A program made the position numbers and the translations under genes. The notes below the pieces were generated by a model that saw nothing but the letters and a program-made list of their open reading frames with translations, was not told the DNA's origin and made no database searches. 63,152 bases of DNA from Pelomyxa schiedti (taxonomy: Eukaryota > Protista > Evosea): NCBI GenBank assembly GCA_020536535.1, contig JAHLWZ010000414.1, positions 1 to 63,152 on the forward strand, written 5' to 3'. Every line of letters starts with the position of its first letter. Position 1 is the first letter of the stretch. Below are positions 1 through 10,883 of the stretch, piece after piece.

Positions 1-389
1 GGGGGGGGGGTTAGGTTCTTTGTTGGGAAAGAAAGGGGTTTCTATCGGGGTGTTTGTTTGAAGTAAAGTAGTGGCGGCAAGTCGAACAGTGAGGTGAAAT
101 TAAATTATCAAGAAAGTGAGCAGACCGTTGTGATGTCGGTGTGACACCGGGTATTTTTACTATTTTCCCCGGATCACGCTTACGCGAACGCCCTTGATGG
201 GGCCTTGGAAGAATCATTGAAACAGGGCTACAGTTCTCTTCCACTTCGAAGTTGAAAATAGTGAGCATCGGTGCAGGGTTTTTTGATTGTCTAGCCAGCA
301 CTGAAGCACAGTCAGAGCGGCATCTTTGAGGAACCTCTTCAGAACATGCATTGAATCTACCGCCTTGACTTGGAACCATGACTAGTTTA

Positions 390-1330
390 TCAAAAAACAG
401 TTGCCTTCCCCACTGAGGAGTTAGATTTCGGATGAGCACTCCACTTCTTAACCTGGAGCTTCATCGAGCAGGTTTTGGAGAGTAGAACGCACATCACAAG
501 TATCTGCCCTTTCGCTGTATGGTTTGGCGAGAAAATTTTCCTCACATTGGTAATTGTGGGTGGTTCTTTATTGTCACTCGGACCCACAAAACGGTGGTGG
601 GTACCTTGAGATAAATTGCGGAAGAGATGTTCCACCACGGTTACAACAAGTTCAAGGCCAGTGGGAACTTTGTTGCTAGACATAAAATCCAGCACTGAAG
701 AGAGGTTCGGTGAGGTTTGCGCCTGATACCTTGGTGATGTGTGAGGAAATTGTGGGATTGGTAGTGGTGGGAGTGAACACACCAGTTGTATTTGCTGCCA
801 TTTGGATAAGTCATATCTGTGTAGTGAGAGGATGAGGGATGATGATACAGCTGAGTTCCGAATTTCGGTGAAGTGGCGTTGATATCAATTACACCAGACA
901 CTCCTTTTTCTGCATATATAACCTGGCAAGGAAAGGGTGTCCCCCCCCATCTTGCAAGTGGTGGATTCAATTTGTGCTGAATCTGAAATTGGAAAAGAGG
1001 AAGCCACACTGTGCTGCCTCAAATTCAAACCAGTGGGGTTTGAAGTGTGAATGGTAAGTGAGCCAACTAAAACTATAATGAAATAAGCACGAGTCAGGAG
1101 GAAAAAGAGACTACATTGGCGTTGGGGTCCAACATATGGCCCCAATGAAGCAATGACAGTCCCATTGGAGTATATTCCGCAAGCAGTGTAATAGCCATTT
1201 GACGCAATTAAGTTGCTCTCATAAAACCATGACCACCCAGCCTACTCAAGGTAAGATTACTCTTCGTGGGTCGGTGCAGGGTAACACATAAGGGGAGCCA
1301 TTTTCAACATCGGGAATTTCCTGCATTGGT
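390..1330 (-). CDS. Multi-exon hypothetical protein or gene fragment; ends uncertain
   Basis: Minus-strand ORF pieces (AGWSWFYESNLIASNGYYTACG..., VIYAEKGVSGVIDINATSPKFG..., YQAQTSPNLSSVLDF...) are joined by plausible GT..AG introns, e.g. reverse complements of about 1075-1115 and 730-782. No recognisable domain. Confidence 0.3.
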
Positions 1331-1514
1331 GATGGTAATTACTTTCTATTTTTGACCAGTAATATTGTGAGTATTACCTCACACCATGGCTGAACTGTTA
1401 TCCTGTTCAAATCCCACGCTAGAAATCCCGTCCCACTCTCTGGGAACGCAGCTATGTCAAGGTTGGAAGCCTCAGACCCAGCAAGGTATTCCACTTTTCT
1501 TTGATTAGTTTGAA

Positions 1515-4500
1515 TTGTTCACATTCTATCTATGCATCCTCCAAAAGAATTCCATTTCAGACACCACAGATCCCTCCAGCACCACACCTCCAAATGTGGT
1601 AGATACCACAATCGAAAAATGTACAGTAAATATTGCACCAGTAGAAATACCAACACCAATATCCTTAATTACACCAACAAATAACACCCCATCACAGCAA
1701 CTCTTCACACTTCCATCACTTTCTCCTCCCACTTTTACCTTCCATTCCTCTCTTGCCCCTCCCACTTTTACGTTTGAATCAAAACGTACTTATACATTTT
1801 CATCAACTCCTTTTACACAACCAACTCCACCAGCTCCAGTTCCAGTCCCCGAAAAACCTTCTACAGTCTCAGATTTCAAGCCAGCTTCAGTAAACCAGCC
1901 ACCAGTTACAACTGGTATAACACCAAAGGAAAAACTGTCAGAATGTTCTGAACCGCGCACGATCAACATTACCCCAGCTCTACAAGGTTTACAAGAAACA
2001 GCAGAAACAAATCTAAAGGCTTCTACCTTGGAAGAACCAATACTCAATGAGCAGTATCAAAAAGCTGCCACCCCAGTAGAGCCTCAACAGTCCAAGCAAT
2101 TCTTGTCAACATCTCTGCCCCCACCAGTCTCTTCACCTGATAGTATAATTGCCTCTACAACACCCCTCTCGAATTCATTATTGTCACAAAAACCGCCTTC
2201 CTCCCCTTCAAGGACATCTTATACCTTCGTACCACTGTCCCCCTCCCCCTTCACTCCAATTCCATTATTTTTCCCCACTCCATTACCACGTCATATCGCA
2301 AAAGCACCGCTTCTCGCTGTGGAAGCGCCCACGTTCGAAACTAAACCTCGAACAAAGGTTATATCTGCTCCTCCATTGTCCCCAACACAAGGCATACCCA
2401 GTCCCAGTACTGTTTTGGCAGCTCCAACAAATGTCTCCACAGCAGTGGAAGCTCCCAGCATACACTTTACCACACCTCCATCCCAACCCAAACCAGCCAC
2501 AGCAGTATTGCCTGTAGAACCCACCAAAATCAAGGGCGACCCAAGAACCATAATTGCACCAACGCAAACATGCACAACGAAAAATCCCGAAAGCACTTCA
2601 GGGCAGCACGTTTCCTCTTTGCACTCTACTCCAACTACTTCCTCCAATGAAAAAGAGAGGCCCCCCAGTAAAGTACAAGCAGCTGTTCAATTTTTCCAAC
2701 AGTCACAAACCACTAGTCGACAACCACAGTTGCCCATTGCATCAGTCACAGAAAAACCCCATACGACTGAGAGTCAGGAAGTTGAGGAATACGTTATTGA
2801 GGAAGTTGAAGTTGAGGTGGATGAAAGTGATGACGGGGAATATGAATATGTGGAAATTGAGGGCAGTGAAGGAGGAGATTATGAAGAACTTGTGGAAATT
2901 GACGAGATTGAAGATACCGAGGGTGATGAAACTGTGGAGTATGAAGAGTGTGTGGAAGAAGAACCTACAACCCAGTCAGAAGAAAAGGGTGCACTACCAC
3001 TCGAAAAAGAACGTTTAGTCCCACAAGAAGAGAAACATTTACCACAGATAGAAGCGAAATGTGTCTCTGAAAAAGAGAAGCAGGCTCTACCCCCAGAAAA
3101 ATCCAAATTAGTCTCTGTTTCAGAGCCATCAGAACCTAAAAATGTTTCTAGAGAACAGGATAAAAGTGGCATGACAAATGTAGTCAGTGAGATTCCCACC
3201 ATTAATTCTGAACTGTTGGCTGGAAAACCGAAGCCAATTCTGGAAGAAAAACAAATTGAAATTGTTCCAATATCATCCTCCCCACAAAATACTGAGCTAC
3301 CCGTCAAATATGAAGAGCAAAAGGAAGAAGCTCAGACCACCTCAAGAATTGAAAAGCGGGGCACAGAAGCAATTTCTCATCCCCACGATAGTCAAGGAAC
3401 TGATTTACCCACTAATGCACCCCAAGAAATCAGCAACCCAATACATAATCCTGCCATGGATGCACTGCACACAGAGACTCTCACACGTGGAACTCCTGAG
3501 CAACCAGTACAACTTGATTCAGAGCGTTCAAGCCTAACCAATGAAATTAAAACCATTTTCAATTATAGACTAGGTATCTGTGAGAATGCACTTGATATTA
3601 ATTTTCCAAATTCTCACTGTTTCACAAGACTTGATGAAAATTGATGACTTGAAATTTGTTCACAGTACTTTGACACAAGCATCTGATACCGTTACACAAC
3701 TTTTTGACCGTCTTCCTACAATCCATGGTTCTTGGTTTTAGTCACTAGAAACGCTAATACATTGTAGAACCTTCCTTTCCTTCTATTCCATCACCGAAGG
3801 TTGAAATTGATGAATTCTCTGGTTTACAACTTTCTGAAACAAACTTTTCTCCTGTTTGTAATAACTCCAGTGAGGAATTCAACTCAGTAAAAACTATGCT
3901 CGAAGTTCCGCCGGTTAGGCAATGTCTTCGCCTTATACGAGACCTTATGTTAATTCAAGGGGATAGAAAGCAATTCTGAAGTCGGGCAGCTTCTTTCCTG
4001 TCTTCAGTCCCAAGTGAATAAAATTCATGAGCAGGTGAACTCCCTGCAATTGGGTACTTCACAGATCCATACAGAAGTTAAGGGAACCTCAATGATGTCA
4101 CACATTAAAAGTGTTGTGAGCTTTGTATTCAAGGTTGTTACTTGCTGTTCAAATTTCTTTTTGACTCTTTCAGATATGCAGTGTACCCGACCTCACTGAA
4201 TCTCTGAAGAAATTCAGGGAGTTGAGAATATCCCCCTTAGAACAACAAATATTACTTGCTGAGAGGGAATTGCAACGACTGCGACAGCAAGAAAAAAATA
4301 GTCAAACTGATGTTGAGAATGTGAGTATTCAACTGATGTTATACATTTAACTTTAAGATTGTCAAGGCTGAAAACAGGATTTTCAAGAAACGTAAACAGC
4401 TTATTGATACCACCGGTAATGAATTTGCGCTTGTGCATCAATTTGCTGCAGCACATAACTTCTTTCAGTGAGTTTCTTTCCTGTTTACTCCTCTTTACGT

Positions 4501-6080
4501 CACATAGATGTGATGACATCGACATAGACAAACTATCATCTGCGTGTATTACAGCAATTACACATTTAGAGCACGAGACCAACAGAGCAAAAAATGATCT
4601 CATGTACTTTCTAATGTTTTCTACTGACCTCTCATTGACAAAAGGCACCTGGAAGATTTTCGCGAGGAACCTCGCGAGGAAGTAACCAAATTGAATGAAA
4701 GGCTGCTGGCTCGGCGAAACGAGCTTATTCAAAAAGAACAGAGAAGCAGGCAAGTTCAAGAATACCTGAAAACAATGGCGGCCGTTTTACTGGTATCCTA
4801 TCGGCCTGGCCTTGTTTCTTGGGGATAGTAACATTTCACTGTAGTTCATGTATCAACAAGAACTCCCTGAGCACAAAAGAACTTTAGCAGAAATTGCTCA
4901 TATTGATGAACTGCTCAATAAAGCAAACGGGAAATTTTGTACTCAACACAAGGCAGAACGAATTCAGTTGCGCCACTCCCAACTTAACACTTATGTATCA
5001 TTCAGCTCCTGGAATCAAAATTCTAAGTGCTTCCAATAGATTAACGACCGAAAACACCTGGGGACTGCTTGGAGTCTTTTGCTGGAAATGAAGGAGTCCA
5101 TAAGAATGTGTCATCAAGTATGACCTCCGGTTTTCAATTAGTGACTATTCCAACTAGATTATGCAAGAACGAAAAAATCAGTACTTCAATGAGCACCAGC
5201 GAATTGCACTAACAGCACATCGTCGGATTGCTGAGCTGCTCAAGCTATATGGCATTCATTCCTTTTTTTTTAAATTTCCTTCTAATATCCGTGACTTTTT
5301 CCACAGCATCAAAACAAGTTACAATACACTGCGAGGTATCAATAACTTTATACAGCTACTCTCTTACACAAAAAAGCAAGCTCAAGTGAGGAAAACTTTA
5401 AAGCACCTTCAAAAGTTGAACGACACTAAACGAGCACAACAACTACTAACGTCGGCACACACGGACCTTGAAGATACAACTGCCGAGCAGTTGGTTAGTT
5501 TCTAATTTAATTTTGCCTGTGCTGACAGATAACAGCGAACATTAGAAGAACAACACTCAAAGATAATGAGTGCTACCAGCAAACTCGTTGAAAAAGACTC
5601 TTTGCTAGTCACGCACGCGGTTCACGCTGAGGATAGACAGCACTATTGTCTACAATCTATAACAAACCCACTACGCCCAATGCCCCTTCTAACAGAAATT
5701 TCCTTCGATTCCCATCAGAACCATTGGAAGAACGCGAAGGAAAGTATGTACACCTTGTCGGCATACCGTGCCCCTTATCTCTACTAGTGTTGGATAACAA
5801 AAGAGACAAATTACTACTCGAGGCCGAGCGGAAAGTTCTCTCTGCTGACGACACTGAAGAATTTGAGACCAGGCGGCAAGTCATTGAGAGGCTCAAATCC
5901 AACATTGACAACAGAAAACACCAACTGGAAGCCTTCAGACACCAACTACCGCATAGAGTAATCGGGAATAATTCACCCCCATCCAACAACAGCACCAATA
6001 CCCCCGCAAGATCAGGAAACATCGCACTAACATTGACAGTATCCCAACACACCCCACAAACAAAAATCCATGACCCCTGA
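1515..6080 (+). CDS. Large multi-exon hypothetical protein: Pro/Thr/Ser-rich N-terminus, Glu-rich acidic tract, C-terminal coiled coils; 5' end uncertain
   Basis: 709-codon ORF 1515-3644 followed by short exons with GT..AG introns encoding helical/coiled-coil segments (QQELPEHKRTLAEIAHIDELL, RDKLLLEAERKVL...RRQVIERLKSNIDNRKHQLE); stop TGA at 6078-6080. Confidence 0.6.
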
Positions 6081-6287
6081 AAAAAATCCAGACTTCCTTC
6101 AACGCGCCGAAAGGGGGAATGCATTTTGATTTCCGCTAAATCTGCAGTACAACTCTACGTAGAGTAAACCCCGTTGCTTTCGAGGAAGTTTGAGTCAAAT
6201 ACTTCTTAGAAATCAATCGCCCGCGGTCCTTTTAACTGTCGTGTCCCAAGAAGAAAAAATACAACAAAAAAACAAAAGAGAACCAAA

Positions 6288-8347
6288 ATGTCAACCCAAG
6301 AACAACCGTGCTCTTGCAATTCCCCTGTCCCAACAACCACCACTGAGACAGTCCAATGTTGCTCCTCCTCGTCACCGTTCCTTGAAGTGGGACCCATAAG
6401 CCGCCAGCAGAACCCCCGCCTGGGCTACGGCTACGACGTGTCCAAGGAGCAGTTTCTGGACCTCAGCCCCTGGCCAAGGCCGAGACCTCCCTGCTCAGCT
6501 CCATGGAGACCACCTTCGAAGCCGAGCAGAGCCTCTCCGACCGCTTCAAGCTCCTGGGGGTCACCTCCGACCTGCAGCTCTCGGTCCTCGGCGGCCTCGT
6601 GGACCTGGGGACCCAGGGGCAGGGCGCGGGGTCCTACCTGGGGGCGGACCTCGCGGGCTCCGAGGTGGCCCGCGTGGTCTTCTCGCTGGACGCCACCACC
6701 CAGGCCGTGTCCCTGACCATGGACCAGCTGGCCCCCGCTGGGATCCAGGAGCAGGCCGTGGTGGGCCCGGAGAGCCCCATCAGCCACGTGGTGACCAGCG
6801 TAGTGTATGGAGTGAAGGCCGTGGTCACTTTCGAGATGTCAGTGGAGAGGAGCCAGACCCTGGAGGAGACTACTTCGTGCCTCAGGCGCCATGTGGAGAG
6901 CTTCTCGGCGCTTGTAAAGGCTGGTGGAACTAGTTCTACTTCCGCTGTTTCAGCTTCGGCGACCGTTTCCGAGCATGCAAAGATAACCGCGAAGTTCTCT
7001 GGCGACATTCTGCCGTCTAGGACAGTGACTACTTTCGAGGATGCTCTCGCTGTGATCAAGGGTGACTTCACTCCAGATAAAATTCGGCAGTTCGCTCGCC
7101 CTCAGAAGGTGAAGTTGATGCCAAAGGAGTGCCTGGCAGTAACACCGAAGCCAGTTGTCCACCACAGGCTGAATCCGGCACTTCAGGCCGAAATCATAAG
7201 GTTCCTCACCGAGTATGGAACCCTCAAGGCTGACATCGGAACATACAAGGCCACTTCCCAGAAGTACAAATTGAATGCGGTGACCCAGACCCTGGCCATC
7301 CTCGAGAAGGCTGTAGTTGATGTACTTTCTTTCATGGTAACCAGGCTGCAAGAAATGCTCCCGGAGCTCAGGAAACGAGGAATCCAGGCCACCGAACTTC
7401 AGGCTTCCTTGAGTTCTTTCAACGCATCAGCATACGGCTCACAGAACCTCAGGGCTTACCTCCAAGGAGTCAAGAACCAAATCAAGTTCCTTCTAGACTG
7501 CGTCGTATTGGCAGACCAACCAGCTGAAGCCCAGTTCCCATCCGCCGACCTCTCTGAGCTGTCGTGTGGAAGAGACCCCGCTTTGGTTCTGCAGATGAAT
7601 GTCCCCGCTACCGATTCCTATCTCCAAGAGTTAGCCCTCAAGAAGTTCCTAGCACCACATACCGGAGGAATTCCCGCCGGCTGGCAAGATGATGGCGCAT
7701 ACAAGGCCTCAGTGGTTCAAGCCAGGCAGGCACTCAAGCAGACCCAAACAAGGCAGCCCACTCAGAGGTACTTGTGCATACAGCAAGTGTCAGCAGAATC
7801 CGCAACGGCCTCAGTGGAACTAGCACTGATTCAGGACTGCCAAGTCATCAAGGACCTCAATGCAACTCCAAGCAAAGCAGGAAGCACTCTGGTCATGAGG
7901 CTTCCACCCGGATCCATAATTGCGTTTGTGGGGCCCAACGCCCCCGAGGGGTACCTTCCCTGCAGCGGCCAGTCCGTCAAAACAAGCGACTATCCGGCAT
8001 TATGGGCCGCACTCAATCCAACAGCCACGACCTCAGGGACGTGCCCGCCAGACACATTCAACGTGCCGGACCTGAGGGGTCAGTTCCTCAGGGGGTGGTC
8101 CGCGAACCAGACCTCGGCGGACCCTGATGGAAAGACCAGGGGGATTCTGTCGACGCAGGCGCACGCGTTCGAGAGCCATCAGCACGAGGTCATGAACCAC
8201 TTGGGGTACAGGACCGGCAGCTTCTGCAACTGGAAGTGCAGCGACTCTGGCGGCGGGGACTGGGGACAGTTCCCACCAACCGCGAAGACTGGCGGCGCTG
8301 AGACCCGTCCTGTCAACGTCGCTGTCTTGTACTGCATCGCTTTTTAA
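6288..8347 (+). CDS. Stonustoxin/neoverrucotoxin-like MACPF-type pore-forming protein fused to a C-terminal phage tail-collar (tail fibre) domain; frameshift near 6473
   Basis: LGYGYDVSKEQFLDLSPW, LQLSVLGGLVDLG..GSYL, SHVVTSVVYG..AVVTF, ITAKFSGDI..TTFEDAL and PQKVKLMP follow the stonustoxin MACPF motif order. Then come helical FAT-like (LQEMLPELR...SAYGSQNLRAYL) and thioredoxin-like (TDSYLQEL) segments. 7901-8344 has the tail-collar consensus PPGSIIAF-G-APEGYLPCSG..YPALW..TFNVPDLRGQFLRG..STQ..HQH..ETRPVNVAVLYCI. No intron. Confidence 0.85.
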
Positions 8348-8553
8348 ACGGCTTTTAAAAAAAAAAAATGTTTAGTCTTGCTTTCGGTACTCTGTGATGG
8401 TTGCCTCAAATCATTGCCGCCTAGTAGATCTTCCTCAGAATCCCCTCTGGGCCTCCCCTGAACCCTCCCAAGGGATATAATAATACCACACCCTCGATCT
8501 GTCGGTGCTTCAGGGAAAACTCAAATTTTACTTTCTCAACACCAACACCCACA

Positions 8554-10161
8554 ATGACTACCTTCGAGCGCGACGGTGCCCAGATGAGTGGTGTCACAGA
8601 GGTTGGCATATTGGAGTGCGTGCCAGTGGAAATCGTGGTGGAGATTCTGTCAATGCTGGGCACAGGAGACCTCATCACAATGGCGTGCACGTGCAGGAGG
8701 ATGAGAGAGCTTTGCTTCCACCGCTCGATGTGGATGCGTTGGGTACTAGTCAAGCCTACCACCGACGTGGCACCCGCGGCGTCCTCTTCTGCTGCAGGTT
8801 TCTTTTTCTGTTTTAGTATTATGGGTTTTTTTTTTTTCTTTAATTTAGTTCATTTTCGTTTTTTTTTTCCTTTTCTGAGGTTGTTATGTTGCTAGTGGTT
8901 TGGTTTTCGGTTGTTCGTTTCACTTTTGGTTTTTATTGTTATTGAGTTTGGAACAGTTGCTACTGTGGGAAAACAGATATGGGTTCATGGAGGTGGACAA
9001 TATGTTGGAACAGGACTGACTGATGTGTTCTCTACGATATCCAGGTTTGAATTTGCGTCACGCTCTTGGTCTGTGTAAGTCCTTCCGAGAGTTACATTCC
9101 TGTCTGCTTATTTTTCTGTATGTAATTTAGAGTAAACTCCTGCAAAGGAGCGAATGAGATTCCAACGCGCACAGAACACACACTCACGGAGAATGAAGGG
9201 ACCTTATTTTTGTTTGGTGGTACTGGTGGATGGCTGGGTATGAAAACTTTGTCATTTCTGTTCTTATTACTGCCTAGGATACCACAACAAACTCTATGCC
9301 TTCCCACCATTGGAATCCCCTCGGGAGCCAGAGGACCATGTCCAACAAGTTACTACCACACATCCTCCTGCACCCCGCTCCGCGCACACTGCAGTTTGTC
9401 ATAATGGAAAGTGGGTATATACTAGGTTTTTGCCCTTAATAACTAACTTCTTCTAGATTGTATATCTTTGGGGGGTGGGACAATCCAAGAACTTTTGAGG
9501 ATCTGTGGTGCTTTGACTTCAGTACAAGTGTGTGGACAGAGCTCCACCCAGAAGGAGACTTGCCAGGACGCAGACGTACCCACTCAGCTGTTGTGTGCAA
9601 TGACTGCATGTATGTTTTTGGTGTGTATTATTCACTCTTCCTGGACTCTGACACTCAAGAAGGAGGGTTTTGCAAGTGTGCCGACTGCACAGGTTCCTAT
9701 GACTCTTTACACGAATTGAATTTGCAAACTCTTGTGTGGCGCCGGCTGGAGGTCACAGGGGATGTGCCTTCTCCCCGAGGCCGTTGTGGAATGGCTGTGA
9801 ACCAAAGGACTGGACACTTGTATTTACTTGGAGTATAAACCCTTGTTTCAACGCACTACTGTCACTAATATGAATTTGCAGGGCTGGAATCGCGTTGATT
9901 ACTTTTCGGATCTGTATGAATTCAACATTGCCACAAGGACTTGGAGATTACTACCAATAGAACCACCGCCGGAAACGGCAGGTGGTTTGTGCCAACATTC
10001 ACTTGTGGTTATGAATCTTGGACCAAACACCACTGTGCTAGTTTTATATGGCGGATTTCTTGCAGCTACCAAGACCTTTTCCAATTCTATGTACACAACC
10101 CACGGTTCTTCCTTATTGAATCCACTAATTCTTCCCAAGTTATGCATTGAGATTACAGTAA
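8554..10161 (+). CDS. F-box/kelch-repeat protein (multi-exon)
   Basis: F-box ILECVPVEIVVEILSMLGTGDLITMACTCRRMR. Kelch repeats IWVHGG, LFLFGG, APRSAHTAV..LYIFGGW, RRTHSAVV..MYVFG, VPSPRGRCG, LVLYGG. Last exon spliced to NSIYALRLQ* (TAA 10159-10161). Confidence 0.85.
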
Positions 10162-10359
10162 GAAAACATGTTTTATTTCTTTCCATGCGGGTTTCCCCTT
10201 TATTCCTACAGGGATTGTGTGCTCTGTGTAGTCGTAGTAGTTGTTAAGAGTTGATTCTTTGGCACATTGCGTTTCCTACATGAATTAATTCAATAACAAT
10301 CCATCAGCCAAAAAAAAAAACAAACAAACAGGACACACATACAACAACACAAAGTAAAG

Positions 10360-10731
10360 TTACAATGAGGTACAGTACCTTGCCACAGCCTTTTTCCCCA
10401 GCCTTATACTACCACTGACGTGAATTAGAACCACCTGCATTCCCATAACTGACATCATCGGGACCGCCGCGGCCGCCATCCTCCAGCTCTGGCGCGGCAC
10501 CCTAATCAACATCTCAGTCACGCCGCCACCGGTGTCCACGGGCGGCGGAGGCGCCCCCTGCGCGTCCGGGAGCGCCTTGGTCCCGATGACCTTCACGTTG
10601 TTGCCAAGAGAGCCGACGCCGAAGGTGCCAAACAGCGCCTCGACCGACTTTGTGAAGCTGTCCATCACCTCCTCCCTCGGCGCGCTGTACGGCACACGGC
10701 ACACCAAATACCTCCGCTTCTCCCTCACCAT
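10360..10731 (-). CDS. POP5: Ribonuclease P/MRP protein subunit, Pop5/Rpp14 family
   Basis: MVREKRRYLV start, LFGTFGVG, LIRVPR and IHVSGSIR match Pop5 hallmark motifs (MVRxKxRYL, lfGdfG, hvSGTIr). Single exon, about 123 aa. Confidence 0.8.
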   Translation of the reverse strand: MVREKRRYLVCRVPYSAPREEVMDSFTKSVEALFGTFGVGSLGNNVKVIGTKALPDAQGAPPPPVDTGGGVTEMLIRVPRQSWRMAAAAVPMMSVMGMQVVLIHVSGSIRLGKKAVARYCTSL

Positions 10732-10883
10732 ATCGGTATGGCACACCCACCGTCGGCTGCAACAACACGACTAAACTATGGCAACACGGCGTAGGCTACG
10801 AGAACAAAAGGAAATGAAGGAAATTAAGTTAATCAATTTTAAGTAAAAAAAAACCCGAAGGTCGAAGCGGCACCTCAGGGAGA

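Noticed and set aside
1-20. Poly-G followed by ttagg as a telomere
   Set aside because: No tandem telomeric repeat; just a homopolymer at the window edge.
7901-8347. Prophage, tailocin or contractile injection system locus
   Set aside because: Only one tail-collar domain, fused in frame to a toxin. No sheath, tube, baseplate, capsid or integrase genes; neighbours are spliceosomal-intron genes.
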